64,000 nucleotides of DNA from an uncultured Pseudomonadales bacterium (GTDB lineage Bacteria > Patescibacteriota > Microgenomatia > UBA1400 > CAYXSR01). The DNA lies in the NCBI GenBank assembly GCA_964467735.1, contig CAYXSR010000003.1:1078-65077 (forward strand), given 5' to 3'. Below, in pieces: positions 1 to 8,235 of this stretch. Positions within the stretch are counted from its first letter, which is position 1, and each line of letters starts with the position of its first letter. The translations under genes and the position numbers were made by a program. The notes beneath the pieces are model-generated. The model had not been told where the DNA came from. It searched no databases and saw only the letters and a program-made list of their open reading frames with translations.

Positions 1-1
1 T

Positions 2-484
2 GTTATAGGAGATGGTATAAATACGATTAAAAAACTTATTGATCGATTAAATAATAAGAAAAACGTCAGAAATGAACAAATCGGAATTGCTACTTTTAGC
101 CCAGTAATTATTGATGATAGTTTAAGACAAACTCTTGAAAAACAAAACCTAAGGTTAAATTCTGTTCCTTCAAGAGATCAAAAAGTTAATTTGTTAGAAA
201 CTGCCAATCGAGCCTCCGGAGGTTTTACTTATGTTATAAATAATTGGAATGAGGTTGTTCATCCTGAGATTTTAGAAACTATGATCGATGCGACCAAAGC
301 GCTGGCTTTAAAGTTCGCCGCCATTGATGTTGTTTTGAAAAGTTTAGAAATGCCGCTTGGAAAAAAGAACGGTAAGATAATTGAAATCAATTCATCTCCG
401 GGAATTAATATGTTTCACTATCCGGATTCTGGCAAACCACAATTTGTTGCCAAAAAAATAATCAGTTACATCGTCAAAAATTAA
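2..484 (+). CDS. ATP-grasp family ligase, C-terminal portion (5' end lies upstream of the window)
   Basis: Open frame runs from window position 2 (VIGDGINTIKKLIDRLNN...) to the stop at 484. The GDG...TIK motif and the C-terminal '...IEINSSPG' resemble the ATP-binding/C-terminal subdomains of RimK/cyanophycin-synthetase-type ATP-grasp enzymes. Convergent with the next ATP-grasp gene. Confidence 0.45.
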   Translation, partial: VIGDGINTIKKLIDRLNNKKNVRNEQIGIATFSPVIIDDSLRQTLEKQNLRLNSVPSRDQKVNLLETANRASGGFTYVINNWNEVVHPEILETMIDATKALALKFAAIDVVLKSLEMPLGKKNGKIIEINSSPGINMFHYPDSGKPQFVAKKIISYIVKN

Positions 485-511
485 AATTCTTAGATTTCTA
501 CGAATGAAGGA

Positions 512-1966
512 TTAAATTCTTCTCTTTTTGATCTTTCTTAATCCAAACTCTTTATAAACTAGTTTAATAATTTTTTTAACAGATGGTGCCAGTTTTGTAC
601 TATCCTTCTTATCTAATACTCGTTTTTTGAAAACTAACTTACCAATTCTTAAAATTGGCTTTACTACTTGACCTTTTTGTGGCAAACCATCAGTTACTAG
701 AAGTTCATTTTCCAAATCATGAATATCAAAAGTGGTAAAACCAGGACGAATAAAATTAATTTTATTTTTATCAAATCGATAGATGCCTGGTCTTACATCT
801 TTGGTAACTAACTGATAATCATGGGTTAAATTATTGAGAACCAAATGGCTTCCTTGCTTTGGTCTTTTATAAAGATTATCGATTGTTTTAAAATCCATCT
901 GATAGTTAAGTTTTAAAAGTTCTAATAGGTGAAAAACGTCAAAAGGTGGCTCTTCTTGTTCCATTTGCAACATTGAATAAATTGGAAAAGCGCCAGTATA
1001 ACGCGGATTACATTCACAAGGATAAACTTCTTCAGTTTTCTTATCAACCAATAAATCAATTCCAAAAATGCCTCGATAACTGTGTTTCCACATATATTCA
1101 CCCACTTTTTGAGCAATCAATTCTGCTTGTTTTTGAACTTTTTCAGAATAAACTTTAAAACTCCAATCATGACCACAAAACAAACCACTACCTTTGTCTA
1201 GATTTACAATTGTTGGTTGATCTAAAATTTGTGTTTGAACCGGTCCAGTTAGAATTCCAAAACGAGTAACACAACCAGTAATACTTGGCGAAAAAGCATC
1301 AATGTATTTGGTAACAATCACATGACGCAAATTAAATTGAGAAGACCAAGTAGCAACTTTTTCTTTAAATTTATTAAAATCAGTTATCTTTTTGACAAAC
1401 ACTAAAGAGTACCCTCCTCCTTTCGTAAGCTCTGGCAGAATCAACACTACTTTTTTCCATTTTTTTAAAAAGATTGCTAATTTTTGCTTTGTCAATTCAG
1501 ATATTTTTAATTTCTCTCCAGGAGCAACTTTCACTTTTACCTTCTTAAGTAAAGATCGAAAAAAATCTTTGTTTTCATATGGATCTCTTATTGATGCTCG
1601 ATTAGCAACAATATGCCAGCCAAACTTATCACAAACTTTCTCAATATTCTCTGTTGAGCGATATAAAACTAAATAGGGTTTTGTAGCTAAAGAATTTAGA
1701 TATTCCTGCACTCTAGGATTTTTGACAATTGTCAACGTATTATATTTACCTGCTTTCTCTCCTCTTTTAGTAAAGTTCCTTTCTACCGAAAGAGTTTTCA
1801 TTTTTTGAGCAATTAAATCATTTTCCGCGGCATCCTTCATTCCAATTAACTGATAATCTTTTTTTATTAACCCCGGAACAACTCGATGAAAAGCATTAAT
1901 ATCTAAACCAATTAAAGGCTTTTTAAACTTCAATAATGGAGAAAAGTAATCAGTTTTCATTTTCAA
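512..1966 (-). CDS. ATP-grasp domain carboxylate-amine ligase (484 aa)
   Basis: Full-length ORF. Central and C-terminal ATP-grasp signatures (…GGGYSLVFVKK…, …GIFGIDLLVD…EVYPCECNPR). 17-bp overlap with the upstream ATP-grasp/protease gene, so it sits in the same operon. Confidence 0.6.
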   Translation of the reverse strand: MKMKTDYFSPLLKFKKPLIGLDINAFHRVVPGLIKKDYQLIGMKDAAENDLIAQKMKTLSVERNFTKRGEKAGKYNTLTIVKNPRVQEYLNSLATKPYLVLYRSTENIEKVCDKFGWHIVANRASIRDPYENKDFFRSLLKKVKVKVAPGEKLKISELTKQKLAIFLKKWKKVVLILPELTKGGGYSLVFVKKITDFNKFKEKVATWSSQFNLRHVIVTKYIDAFSPSITGCVTRFGILTGPVQTQILDQPTIVNLDKGSGLFCGHDWSFKVYSEKVQKQAELIAQKVGEYMWKHSYRGIFGIDLLVDKKTEEVYPCECNPRYTGAFPIYSMLQMEQEEPPFDVFHLLELLKLNYQMDFKTIDNLYKRPKQGSHLVLNNLTHDYQLVTKDVRPGIYRFDKNKINFIRPGFTTFDIHDLENELLVTDGLPQKGQVVKPILRIGKLVFKKRVLDKKDSTKLAPSVKKIIKLVYKEFGLRKIKKRRI

Positions 1967-3260
1967 TATTGATCATAAAACCTTTTAGGTCTCGACGGCC
2001 AATAATCATTGGTCTTTTTAATTTTGAGCGGTCAGAAATGTTGGCTACTGTTTTAATTTTTCTGTCTTTTAACCAAAAAACTAATTCTACTAATGGCCTT
2101 CTTTCTCTTCCTAAAGCGCTTCGATAATATTTTTCCAGCAAGACATTTTCCGGATTTAAAAGTCCTAATTGTTCAGCTAACTTTTCATCGATTGATGTCC
2201 GGTAAGCACCAGTGTCAATTTTTGCCTTAACAGGGACTCTTTCTCCTAAAAATGTTCTTACTTCTATTGTTTCAAAAACATCAACGGTTCTCTTACCAGT
2301 TCCAATGTCTCTTAATTTCGGATTGGCAAATAATTCTTTAGAGATTTTTATTCCTTTTTCAGCTGATTCTACTTTTAATCCTTCTATTCTTAGTAAACGA
2401 CGTCTTAAGCCAGCTCGGTTAGCTAATTGAATTTTTAGACCTGGTTGAGCATTCAACTCTAAAACCTTAGGAAATGTTTTTCCGGGTTTTTTTAAAGATG
2501 GCTGAAGAGTAATATCAGCTCTCATAAACCCCAATTTCGGAATCGCAATTTGACAATTAACTGCCAGCTTTAAAACCTCGTCCCACTCGGGAATTTTAAT
2601 TCCTGATAATTTCCTTCTTGTTCCGGGGAAAAACTTTATTGGATCTGTCCATTTAATTGCATAAGTTGTAATTCCGGTTGCCATATCAATTCCACAAGCA
2701 ATTGCCCCTTGGAACATATTGGCTCGGCCGCCAGATTCTTTTGTTGGCAGTCTAAGGTAAGCCATCACTGGCACTCGATTAAAAACCAAAACCCCAATAT
2801 CTGGAGTTCCTCCCCAACAAACTTTTTTAAAAGCAGGGTGAATTCTTATTCTTTCTTCAACAAAAGCAATATCGGGTTTGTTTTCCATAGAAAACCGACC
2901 CTCTAAGATGTCTTGAATAAGCAGCTTAAAATCACCAATTGTTTTTGTTTCCCCTGTAGTTGTAACCCATTCTCCAGCATATTTACCATGTTTAGCAATT
3001 ACTAATATTCCTTCTCCCCCTAAAGAGTTATCTGGTTTTATAACAAAACTCTCTGGGAGTTTTTTTATAAAATCAAACTTATCAATTTCTTCAACTTTTC
3101 TAAAAACTCGATAAAGCTTTGGAATAGGCAATTTTGCTTTTCTTAAGGCTGATTTTGTCAATAATTTATGATTAGCAATTTTTTTTCCGGAGACTCTATT
3201 ATATCGAGAAAGGAAAAGAGTATTGCGGGCATTCATGCCCAAAATGTCTCGAATTTTCAT
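1950..3260 (-). CDS. alpha-L-glutamate-ligase-like (RimK-related) ATP-grasp enzyme fused to a C-terminal retropepsin-like 'ATP-dependent Zn protease' domain
   Basis: N-terminus 'ILGMNARNTLFLSRYN' and the body match the RimK-related alpha-L-glutamate ligase-like family. The C-terminal ~120 aa ('VPVKAKIDTGAYRTSID…') matches the retropepsin-like Zn_protease domain that is normally a separate neighbouring gene. 4-bp overlap with the upstream 7TM gene. Confidence 0.6.
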   Translation of the reverse strand: MKIRDILGMNARNTLFLSRYNRVSGKKIANHKLLTKSALRKAKLPIPKLYRVFRKVEEIDKFDFIKKLPESFVIKPDNSLGGEGILVIAKHGKYAGEWVTTTGETKTIGDFKLLIQDILEGRFSMENKPDIAFVEERIRIHPAFKKVCWGGTPDIGVLVFNRVPVMAYLRLPTKESGGRANMFQGAIACGIDMATGITTYAIKWTDPIKFFPGTRRKLSGIKIPEWDEVLKLAVNCQIAIPKLGFMRADITLQPSLKKPGKTFPKVLELNAQPGLKIQLANRAGLRRRLLRIEGLKVESAEKGIKISKELFANPKLRDIGTGKRTVDVFETIEVRTFLGERVPVKAKIDTGAYRTSIDEKLAEQLGLLNPENVLLEKYYRSALGRERRPLVELVFWLKDRKIKTVANISDRSKLKRPMIIGRRDLKGFMINIENEN

Positions 3261-4204
3261 TTTAGAAGACTCTTAAATTTCTTATATTCTAATAGTCTTA
3301 AACCAGCATACTTCCCCACAAAAATATCAAAAACAGCTATTCCAATAATACTTGCTTCTGGATAAAGCAGAACAAATTTCTGTAAAAATTCTAGCTGTAA
3401 AAATAAAGAACAAAATAAGGCAATTACTAAAGTTTCAAAAGTCATCTTCACCGCCTGTTTCATTGACATACCAATATGAATACTAATAAAGTTTTCTGCT
3501 AAAAGAATCAAAATTAAAATTGGAAAAATTGAAAGAGTCATAATTGTCGTAAAATTTAAAACCGGAGCGATAAACAAAACTGCTAAAACACCCAAAGACA
3601 CAAACCACAAAAGTAAGGCCATTCTTGGTAAATATTGAATCTTTATCTTTCGCAAAACTATTCTTGCCCCTGTTGCCACAATGATAATGGTTAAAAAAAG
3701 AAGCAGACCTTCAAAAACACCTGTGGAGACAAAGACAACAGAAAGAACTACGGGCAGAAAAATACCAAAACCTTCCATTCCTATTAAATGTCTCAAACCA
3801 GCAATAATCGCCGCCACTAAAGGAAATAAAAGAATTAAAACCACTGTGTTTGCAGGAACTCCTCTTTTAATAATAAAGCGGATTGCGTGCTGAAGAGGAT
3901 TAGTAAATGTTAATGGCTTTAAGGGATGTTCTGCCAAATGTCTTTCTAATTTATCTTTAATCTCTGGAGTTGGTTCAGTAATATCTGGTTTTTTTTCAAC
4001 TACTCTTTCGACTATTGGTTGAGCTGATTCGCTTGCCTGGGCAGTTGAAGTTGACTCTAAACTTTCATCTACATTTTCAGTGGTAATATTGGAAACCACT
4101 GTTTGTGCCTCTACAAGCTGAGGCTTAAAATTAAAGAAAAATAGAAATACAATTAGAAATAGAAAAATCTTCTTCATCTTCTCTATATTATAACAAAGAA
4201 GCAT
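3257..4204 (-). CDS. polytopic (about 7 TM) membrane protein with N-terminal signal/secreted region; 7TM partner of the ligase/protease system
   Basis: Signal-like N-terminus, a Ser/Thr/Glu-rich extracytoplasmic segment, then about 7 hydrophobic helices. The position corresponds to the 7TM component of the 7TM-transglutaminase / ATP-grasp / retropepsin triads, but no transglutaminase domain is recognisable here. Confidence 0.45.
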   Translation of the reverse strand: MLLCYNIEKMKKIFLFLIVFLFFFNFKPQLVEAQTVVSNITTENVDESLESTSTAQASESAQPIVERVVEKKPDITEPTPEIKDKLERHLAEHPLKPLTFTNPLQHAIRFIIKRGVPANTVVLILLFPLVAAIIAGLRHLIGMEGFGIFLPVVLSVVFVSTGVFEGLLLFLTIIIVATGARIVLRKIKIQYLPRMALLLWFVSLGVLAVLFIAPVLNFTTIMTLSIFPILILILLAENFISIHIGMSMKQAVKMTFETLVIALFCSLFLQLEFLQKFVLLYPEASIIGIAVFDIFVGKYAGLRLLEYKKFKSLLK

Positions 4205-4228
4205 TAGTCAACAATTAGTAAAGAAATT

Positions 4229-5203
4229 TTACTGACAACCGCCAGTATCTCCAGTTGCAGCTTGAGAAGATAAAGTTGTTTTGCATTCTTTTGGTGGATT
4301 ATCAAAAGAATTACAAATAGCGCTCTTCAAGGCCTCTGGTGTTCGCAGCTGAGTAGCATTAAAGTCTGTCTCATTAATCCTTAATCCTTTATTATAGGCT
4401 TCATTGGGTGGATACAAGACGCCATTAATAAAGATTGTTGGTGAGCCGCTAACTCCACCCATCTGCTCAGCAGCCGCTATATCAGTTCTTAACAAATCAG
4501 TTCCCTGGTTATTAGCACATTCCTCAATCTTGGCGACATCAAATCCTGCTTTTTCTGCCCATTGCTGCCAACACTCACCAATATTATCTAAAGTACAGTT
4601 AGTATTTAAATCATTTACAAATTGCCACCATTTAGTTTTATCCTCAGCCATGTTAAAAGCACAAATTTCGCGGACATCTTGTTTTAACTCCTCTTCTCCG
4701 TGAAGAGAATCGAATGTGCCGATTTCTAAAGGATCACATTCTCCAGTAATACATTCATCAACTGTGTTATAAGGAAAATATTGTTTACAAGTTTCCATGT
4801 CTGGCAATTGACCCTGCTTTATTGCATCTTCACAGCGTTTTTTATTCTCATCATTAAAAAGCCGCTGAGGACAACTTGTTTGGCAAGCATCTTTTGTTTC
4901 TTGAGTAATCTCAGAAACAATATAGCGTGGTTGCCATTCGACTTTATCGCCTAATAAATCAGCGACTGGCTTCAACCCTGTCTCAGCTTGATTACCATAA
5001 GGACAATAACTCATAACAAAAAACTCAATTTTAGGTTTTTTATTCTTAGAAGCTTCAAAAATAGCCGGATCTTCTAATTTTACTTGAGCTCCTTGGACAT
5101 TTTTATTGGTTTTTTCTGCCTGAATTTTATTAAATAAATTTCCCGCTCCAAAAGCTACTATCACTAATAATCCTATTAAAATAGTGTTTGTTTTTAGCTT
5201 CAT
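4229..5203 (-). CDS. secreted/anchored cysteine-rich thioredoxin-fold (DsbA-like) protein
   Basis: The likely start is the internal Met (MKLKTNTILIGLLVIVAF… signal/anchor); the 5245 start in the ORF track would overlap the ferredoxin. A thioredoxin-like 'FFVMSYCPYG' segment is followed by more than 14 further Cys residues and a 'GSPTIFINGV' DsbA-like C-terminus. Confidence 0.5.
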   Translation of the reverse strand: MKLKTNTILIGLLVIVAFGAGNLFNKIQAEKTNKNVQGAQVKLEDPAIFEASKNKKPKIEFFVMSYCPYGNQAETGLKPVADLLGDKVEWQPRYIVSEITQETKDACQTSCPQRLFNDENKKRCEDAIKQGQLPDMETCKQYFPYNTVDECITGECDPLEIGTFDSLHGEEELKQDVREICAFNMAEDKTKWWQFVNDLNTNCTLDNIGECWQQWAEKAGFDVAKIEECANNQGTDLLRTDIAAAEQMGGVSGSPTIFINGVLYPPNEAYNKGLRINETDFNATQLRTPEALKSAICNSFDNPPKECKTTLSSQAATGDTGGCQ

Positions 5204-5403
5204 TTTTGCTCCATTTCCTGCCAGGAAATTGCTTGAACCGGACAACCATCTATGGCTGATTGAATTGTTTGTTCATCATCTCCTGTTGGATTAACAACAA
5301 CACTTTTACCATTATCATTCAATTTAAAAGTCTTCCCGGCTATCCCCACACAAGCGCTACAACCAATACATTTATTCGCATCAACAATTGGGTTTTTTGC
5401 CAT
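5200..5403 (-). CDS. small ferredoxin (single 4Fe-4S/3Fe-4S cluster type)
   Basis: 67 aa with CIGCSACVGIAG…CP, the classic Cx2Cx2C…CP motif of small mono-cluster ferredoxins. Confidence 0.75.
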   Translation of the reverse strand: MAKNPIVDANKCIGCSACVGIAGKTFKLNDNGKSVVVNPTGDDEQTIQSAIDGCPVQAISWQEMEQK

Positions 5404-5476
5404 TTTTTTCTCCTTTTTAAATTTGGTTTTTAAATATAGAGGAAGTATACCAGAATCTTTTTCTGATTGCTATATT

Positions 5477-6454
5477 CTAAATTCCTCGCTGTTGAGGAGC
5501 CATTTCTTTTCTTAAATAAACATAAGCTGATCGGCTAGCCAACGCTCCCATTCCACAAGCAGTTATCATTTGAGCAAAACCATAAATAAAATCAGTACAA
5601 TCACCAGCTGCAAAAATTCCTGAGATGTTCGTATTCATCCACTTATCTACTTTAATAAACCCCTGTTCGTTCATTTCTATCCCCATTTCTTGCGCCAAAT
5701 TTGTTCCAGGAACGCCACCTATCTCAATAAATACTCCATCCACAATAAGTTCTTTCTGATTTTTGTAAGGCTTATCTAAAATTATTTGAGTAACCTTCTG
5801 GCCATCCCCTTTAATTTCAACAACATTAGTATCATAAATTGTTTCTCCTTTGCCTGATTTCTCGATATTTTTCCATTCATTTATCCAAGCTGGTTCAGCC
5901 CGTAATTGATCTTTACGATAAATAATGTAAACTTTTTTAGCATATTCTGAGGCATGAACTGCTCCAGAAACTGCTCCATCTGAACCGCCAACTAAGACAA
6001 CAATCTTGTCTTTATAGAAAGGAGCATCACAAGTAGTACAGTAGGAAACTCCTTTTCCTAAATATTCATCTTCGCCATTAATTCCTAAGGTTCGTCTTTC
6101 TGTCCCACTGCTAATAATTAGAGATTTCGCCTGATAAGTTTGTCCTGAAAGAGTATAAACAACGAAGTCTTGTTCATTATTTTTAGTAATTTTTTGAACC
6201 GGATCATAGACAACTGACGTTCCCAAACCCTTAGCATGTTCTTCAATTTTCGTCATTAAATCAAGTCCAGGAATACTCCTGAAACCGGGGTAATTTTCTA
6301 CTTTATGAGCTAAACCAATTGTTCCCCCAATTTTTTTACCTAAAACTAGGTTGGTCAAATTATAACGGCTGGCATATATTGAGGCAGTCAAGCCAGCCGG
6401 ACCGGAACCGATAATAATTAAATCATAAACCATTTTTCGAGTCCCAATAAGCAA
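5477..6454 (-). CDS. trxB: thioredoxin reductase (NADPH)
   Basis: FAD motif IIIGSGPAGLTA, redox-active CTTCD disulfide motif, second NAD(P)H Rossmann motif VVLVGGSDGA; about 325 aa. Confidence 0.9.
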   Translation of the reverse strand: MLIGTRKMVYDLIIIGSGPAGLTASIYASRYNLTNLVLGKKIGGTIGLAHKVENYPGFRSIPGLDLMTKIEEHAKGLGTSVVYDPVQKITKNNEQDFVVYTLSGQTYQAKSLIISSGTERRTLGINGEDEYLGKGVSYCTTCDAPFYKDKIVVLVGGSDGAVSGAVHASEYAKKVYIIYRKDQLRAEPAWINEWKNIEKSGKGETIYDTNVVEIKGDGQKVTQIILDKPYKNQKELIVDGVFIEIGGVPGTNLAQEMGIEMNEQGFIKVDKWMNTNISGIFAAGDCTDFIYGFAQMITACGMGALASRSAYVYLRKEMAPQQRGI

Positions 6455-6476
6455 TCAAGTACAAGCTTGAGATAAT

Positions 6477-6800
6477 TTATTTATTATACTTTTTTAAAGT
6501 CTCTATTATTTCTTCTTTTGGTCTTGCTCCCACTAATCTTTCCATTTCTTGACCATTTTTAAATACCACCATTGTGGGTACACTCATAATACCATACTTA
6601 CTGGCTGTTCCAGCAGCCTTATCGACATCGACTTTAGCAATTTTATATTTATTACCAACTTCTCCGGCAACTTCTTCGATTATTGGTCCTAGCATTCGAC
6701 AAGGAGGACACCAAGTCGCCCAAAAATCAACTAATACTACGCCTTTCTCGTCCAAGACTTCTTTTTGAAACTTATCATCAGTTAAATGTAAAACTGTCAT
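6477..6800 (-). CDS. trxA: thioredoxin (active site WCPPC)
   Basis: 107 aa with 'VLVDFWATWCPPCRMLGP…MSVPT…F.NG' thioredoxin fold; active site CPPC rather than the canonical CGPC. Confidence 0.9.
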   Translation of the reverse strand: MTVLHLTDDKFQKEVLDEKGVVLVDFWATWCPPCRMLGPIIEEVAGEVGNKYKIAKVDVDKAAGTASKYGIMSVPTMVVFKNGQEMERLVGARPKEEIIETLKKYNK

Positions 6801-6808
6801 TTTTCTCC

Positions 6809-7045
6809 TTAGAAATTAGAAATCTTTTTTAACATTTCTCTTACTTTTTCTTCTTTATTTTCTCTTAAACAAGAAACGGTTTCCTCAGTTAAAATTTCTC
6901 TAGCTAAACTAGCCAAAGCACTTCTTACCGCACTTATTTGCTGAACAACTTCTAAACATTTCCTTCTCTCTTTATACATTCTTTCTATACCATCAAGTTG
7001 TCCCTTTATTCTAGCTATTCTGGTTATTATTTTATCTTCTGGCAT
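6809..7045 (-). CDS. CsoR/RcnR-family metal/persulfide-sensing transcriptional repressor (Cys-x-Cys type, CstR-like)
   Basis: 78 aa all-helical protein with the CsoR/DUF156 pattern. The sensing positions are Cys30 and Cys59 with Glu, not His, at the 'Y' position, as in the persulfide sensor CstR rather than the Cu sensor CsoR. Confidence 0.75.
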   Translation of the reverse strand: MPEDKIITRIARIKGQLDGIERMYKERRKCLEVVQQISAVRSALASLAREILTEETVSCLRENKEEKVREMLKKISNF

Positions 7046-7068
7046 CTTTAAATTGCTTCTTCCTTATC

Positions 7069-7110
7069 TATACTCCCACCCAGTATATTCATCTGTTCGT
7101 CTTTTGTCAA
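7069..7110 (-). promoter_or_regulatory. sigma70-like promoter (TTGACA-17-TATACT) with an overlapping ATACT-GGGTGGG-AGTAT inverted-repeat operator, upstream of the csoR-like gene
   Basis: On the minus strand: TTGACAaaagacgaacagatgaaTATACTgggtgggAGTATA. The -35 is 7105-7110, the -10 is 7082-7087 and the palindrome is 7069-7087. CsoR-family operators are G/C-tract-centred inverted repeats of this type. Confidence 0.45.
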
Positions 7111-8216
7111 GTATTTAATAAAAATCTAACTTTTCTGGACCTAATAATTTTTGATTTTTCTTTTACTTTCTCCCAGTTTTTTTCTCCTTCTTTTTTGGCT
7201 GCCATTGTGCCTTGTCGCGGAGAATAGCGGAAAACATGTGTCTTTCTAAATCTCTTGCCAAGTAATTTTTTAAATTTTTTTAAAGTAATCATCGTTTCTT
7301 CAAATTCTTCTTGGGTTTCTCCTGGAAAACCAACAATGATATCGGTCGAAAAAGAAAAATTAGGAATAATTTTTTTCAAAATTTGAAGTTTTCTAAAAAA
7401 GTCTTCAACGCCATATTTTCTTCTCATTCTTGCTAAAACATTGTTACAGCCAGATTGAAGAGGAATATGAAAATGACTAGTCAGTCTAGGTTGGATTTTT
7501 TTATCTTCGTATAATTTTAAAAATTCCCTATTAAAAGCATTGATATTAATTGAACCAAAAGATATTTTGTCTATTTTTGTGAATTTTAAAATATCTTTAA
7601 CTAGTTTAGCTAAACTAGGCTGATAATCACTTACTTCTACTCCTGTTAAAATTATTTCTTTTATCCCCTCTTTTATTTGTATATTAACTTCTTTAATAAT
7701 TTCCTTAATAGGTCTTGAAATTGAACGACCCCGCAAAAAGGGCACGATACAATAAGTACAAAAATTATTGCAACCTTCTTGAATTTTAATTAATGCTTTT
7801 CCTGAACTGGCATATTTGTCTTTATAAAAATTAGCCAACAAGGGTTTTTTAAAACAGCCTAATTTCTTTTTCAAAATTTCTGGAAGCTTCATTTTATTCT
7901 TATTCTCTATCAATAAATCAATTGAGGAAGAAAATTTTCGAGGAGATTTTTTAAATAGCTTTTCTGCCCAACAGCCAGAAACAATTAAAAAACAATCAGG
8001 ATTCTCTCTTTTAATTTTCCTGATCATTTGCCGTACCTCTTTATCAGCCTTTTGAGTCACACTACAGCTGTTAATAATAACAATATCTGCTATTGATAAA
8101 CTATTAACAACCTTTAATCCGGGAAACCGAGAACATAAAGCTTCTCCCATCATTCGGCTCTCTGCTTGGTTTAAACGACAACCAAAAGTTATTAATTTCA
8201 AATTGAACCTAACCAT
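7107..8216 (-). CDS. radical-SAM methylthiotransferase (MiaB/MtaB/RimO family, no obvious TRAM domain)
   Basis: N-terminal MTTase Cys triad (FGCRLN…NSCSV…SGCWAE) plus radical-SAM CNNFCTYC motif. Confidence 0.8.
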   Translation of the reverse strand: MVRFNLKLITFGCRLNQAESRMMGEALCSRFPGLKVVNSLSIADIVIINSCSVTQKADKEVRQMIRKIKRENPDCFLIVSGCWAEKLFKKSPRKFSSSIDLLIENKNKMKLPEILKKKLGCFKKPLLANFYKDKYASSGKALIKIQEGCNNFCTYCIVPFLRGRSISRPIKEIIKEVNIQIKEGIKEIILTGVEVSDYQPSLAKLVKDILKFTKIDKISFGSININAFNREFLKLYEDKKIQPRLTSHFHIPLQSGCNNVLARMRRKYGVEDFFRKLQILKKIIPNFSFSTDIIVGFPGETQEEFEETMITLKKFKKLLGKRFRKTHVFRYSPRQGTMAAKKEGEKNWEKVKEKSKIIRSRKVRFLLNT

Positions 8217-8235
8217 ATTTGAAGATTAGAGGTTT

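Noticed and set aside
922-1676. Short ORFs (64, 70, 94 aa) on both strands within 512-1966
   Set aside because: Nested in or antisense to the 484-aa ATP-grasp gene. No start context and no conserved motif.
5204-5245. N-terminal extension of the Cys-rich protein in the ORF track (MSGSSNFLAGNGAK…)
   Set aside because: It would overlap the ferredoxin coding region by 46 nt. The internal Met gives a proper signal peptide and a 4-nt stop/start overlap instead.
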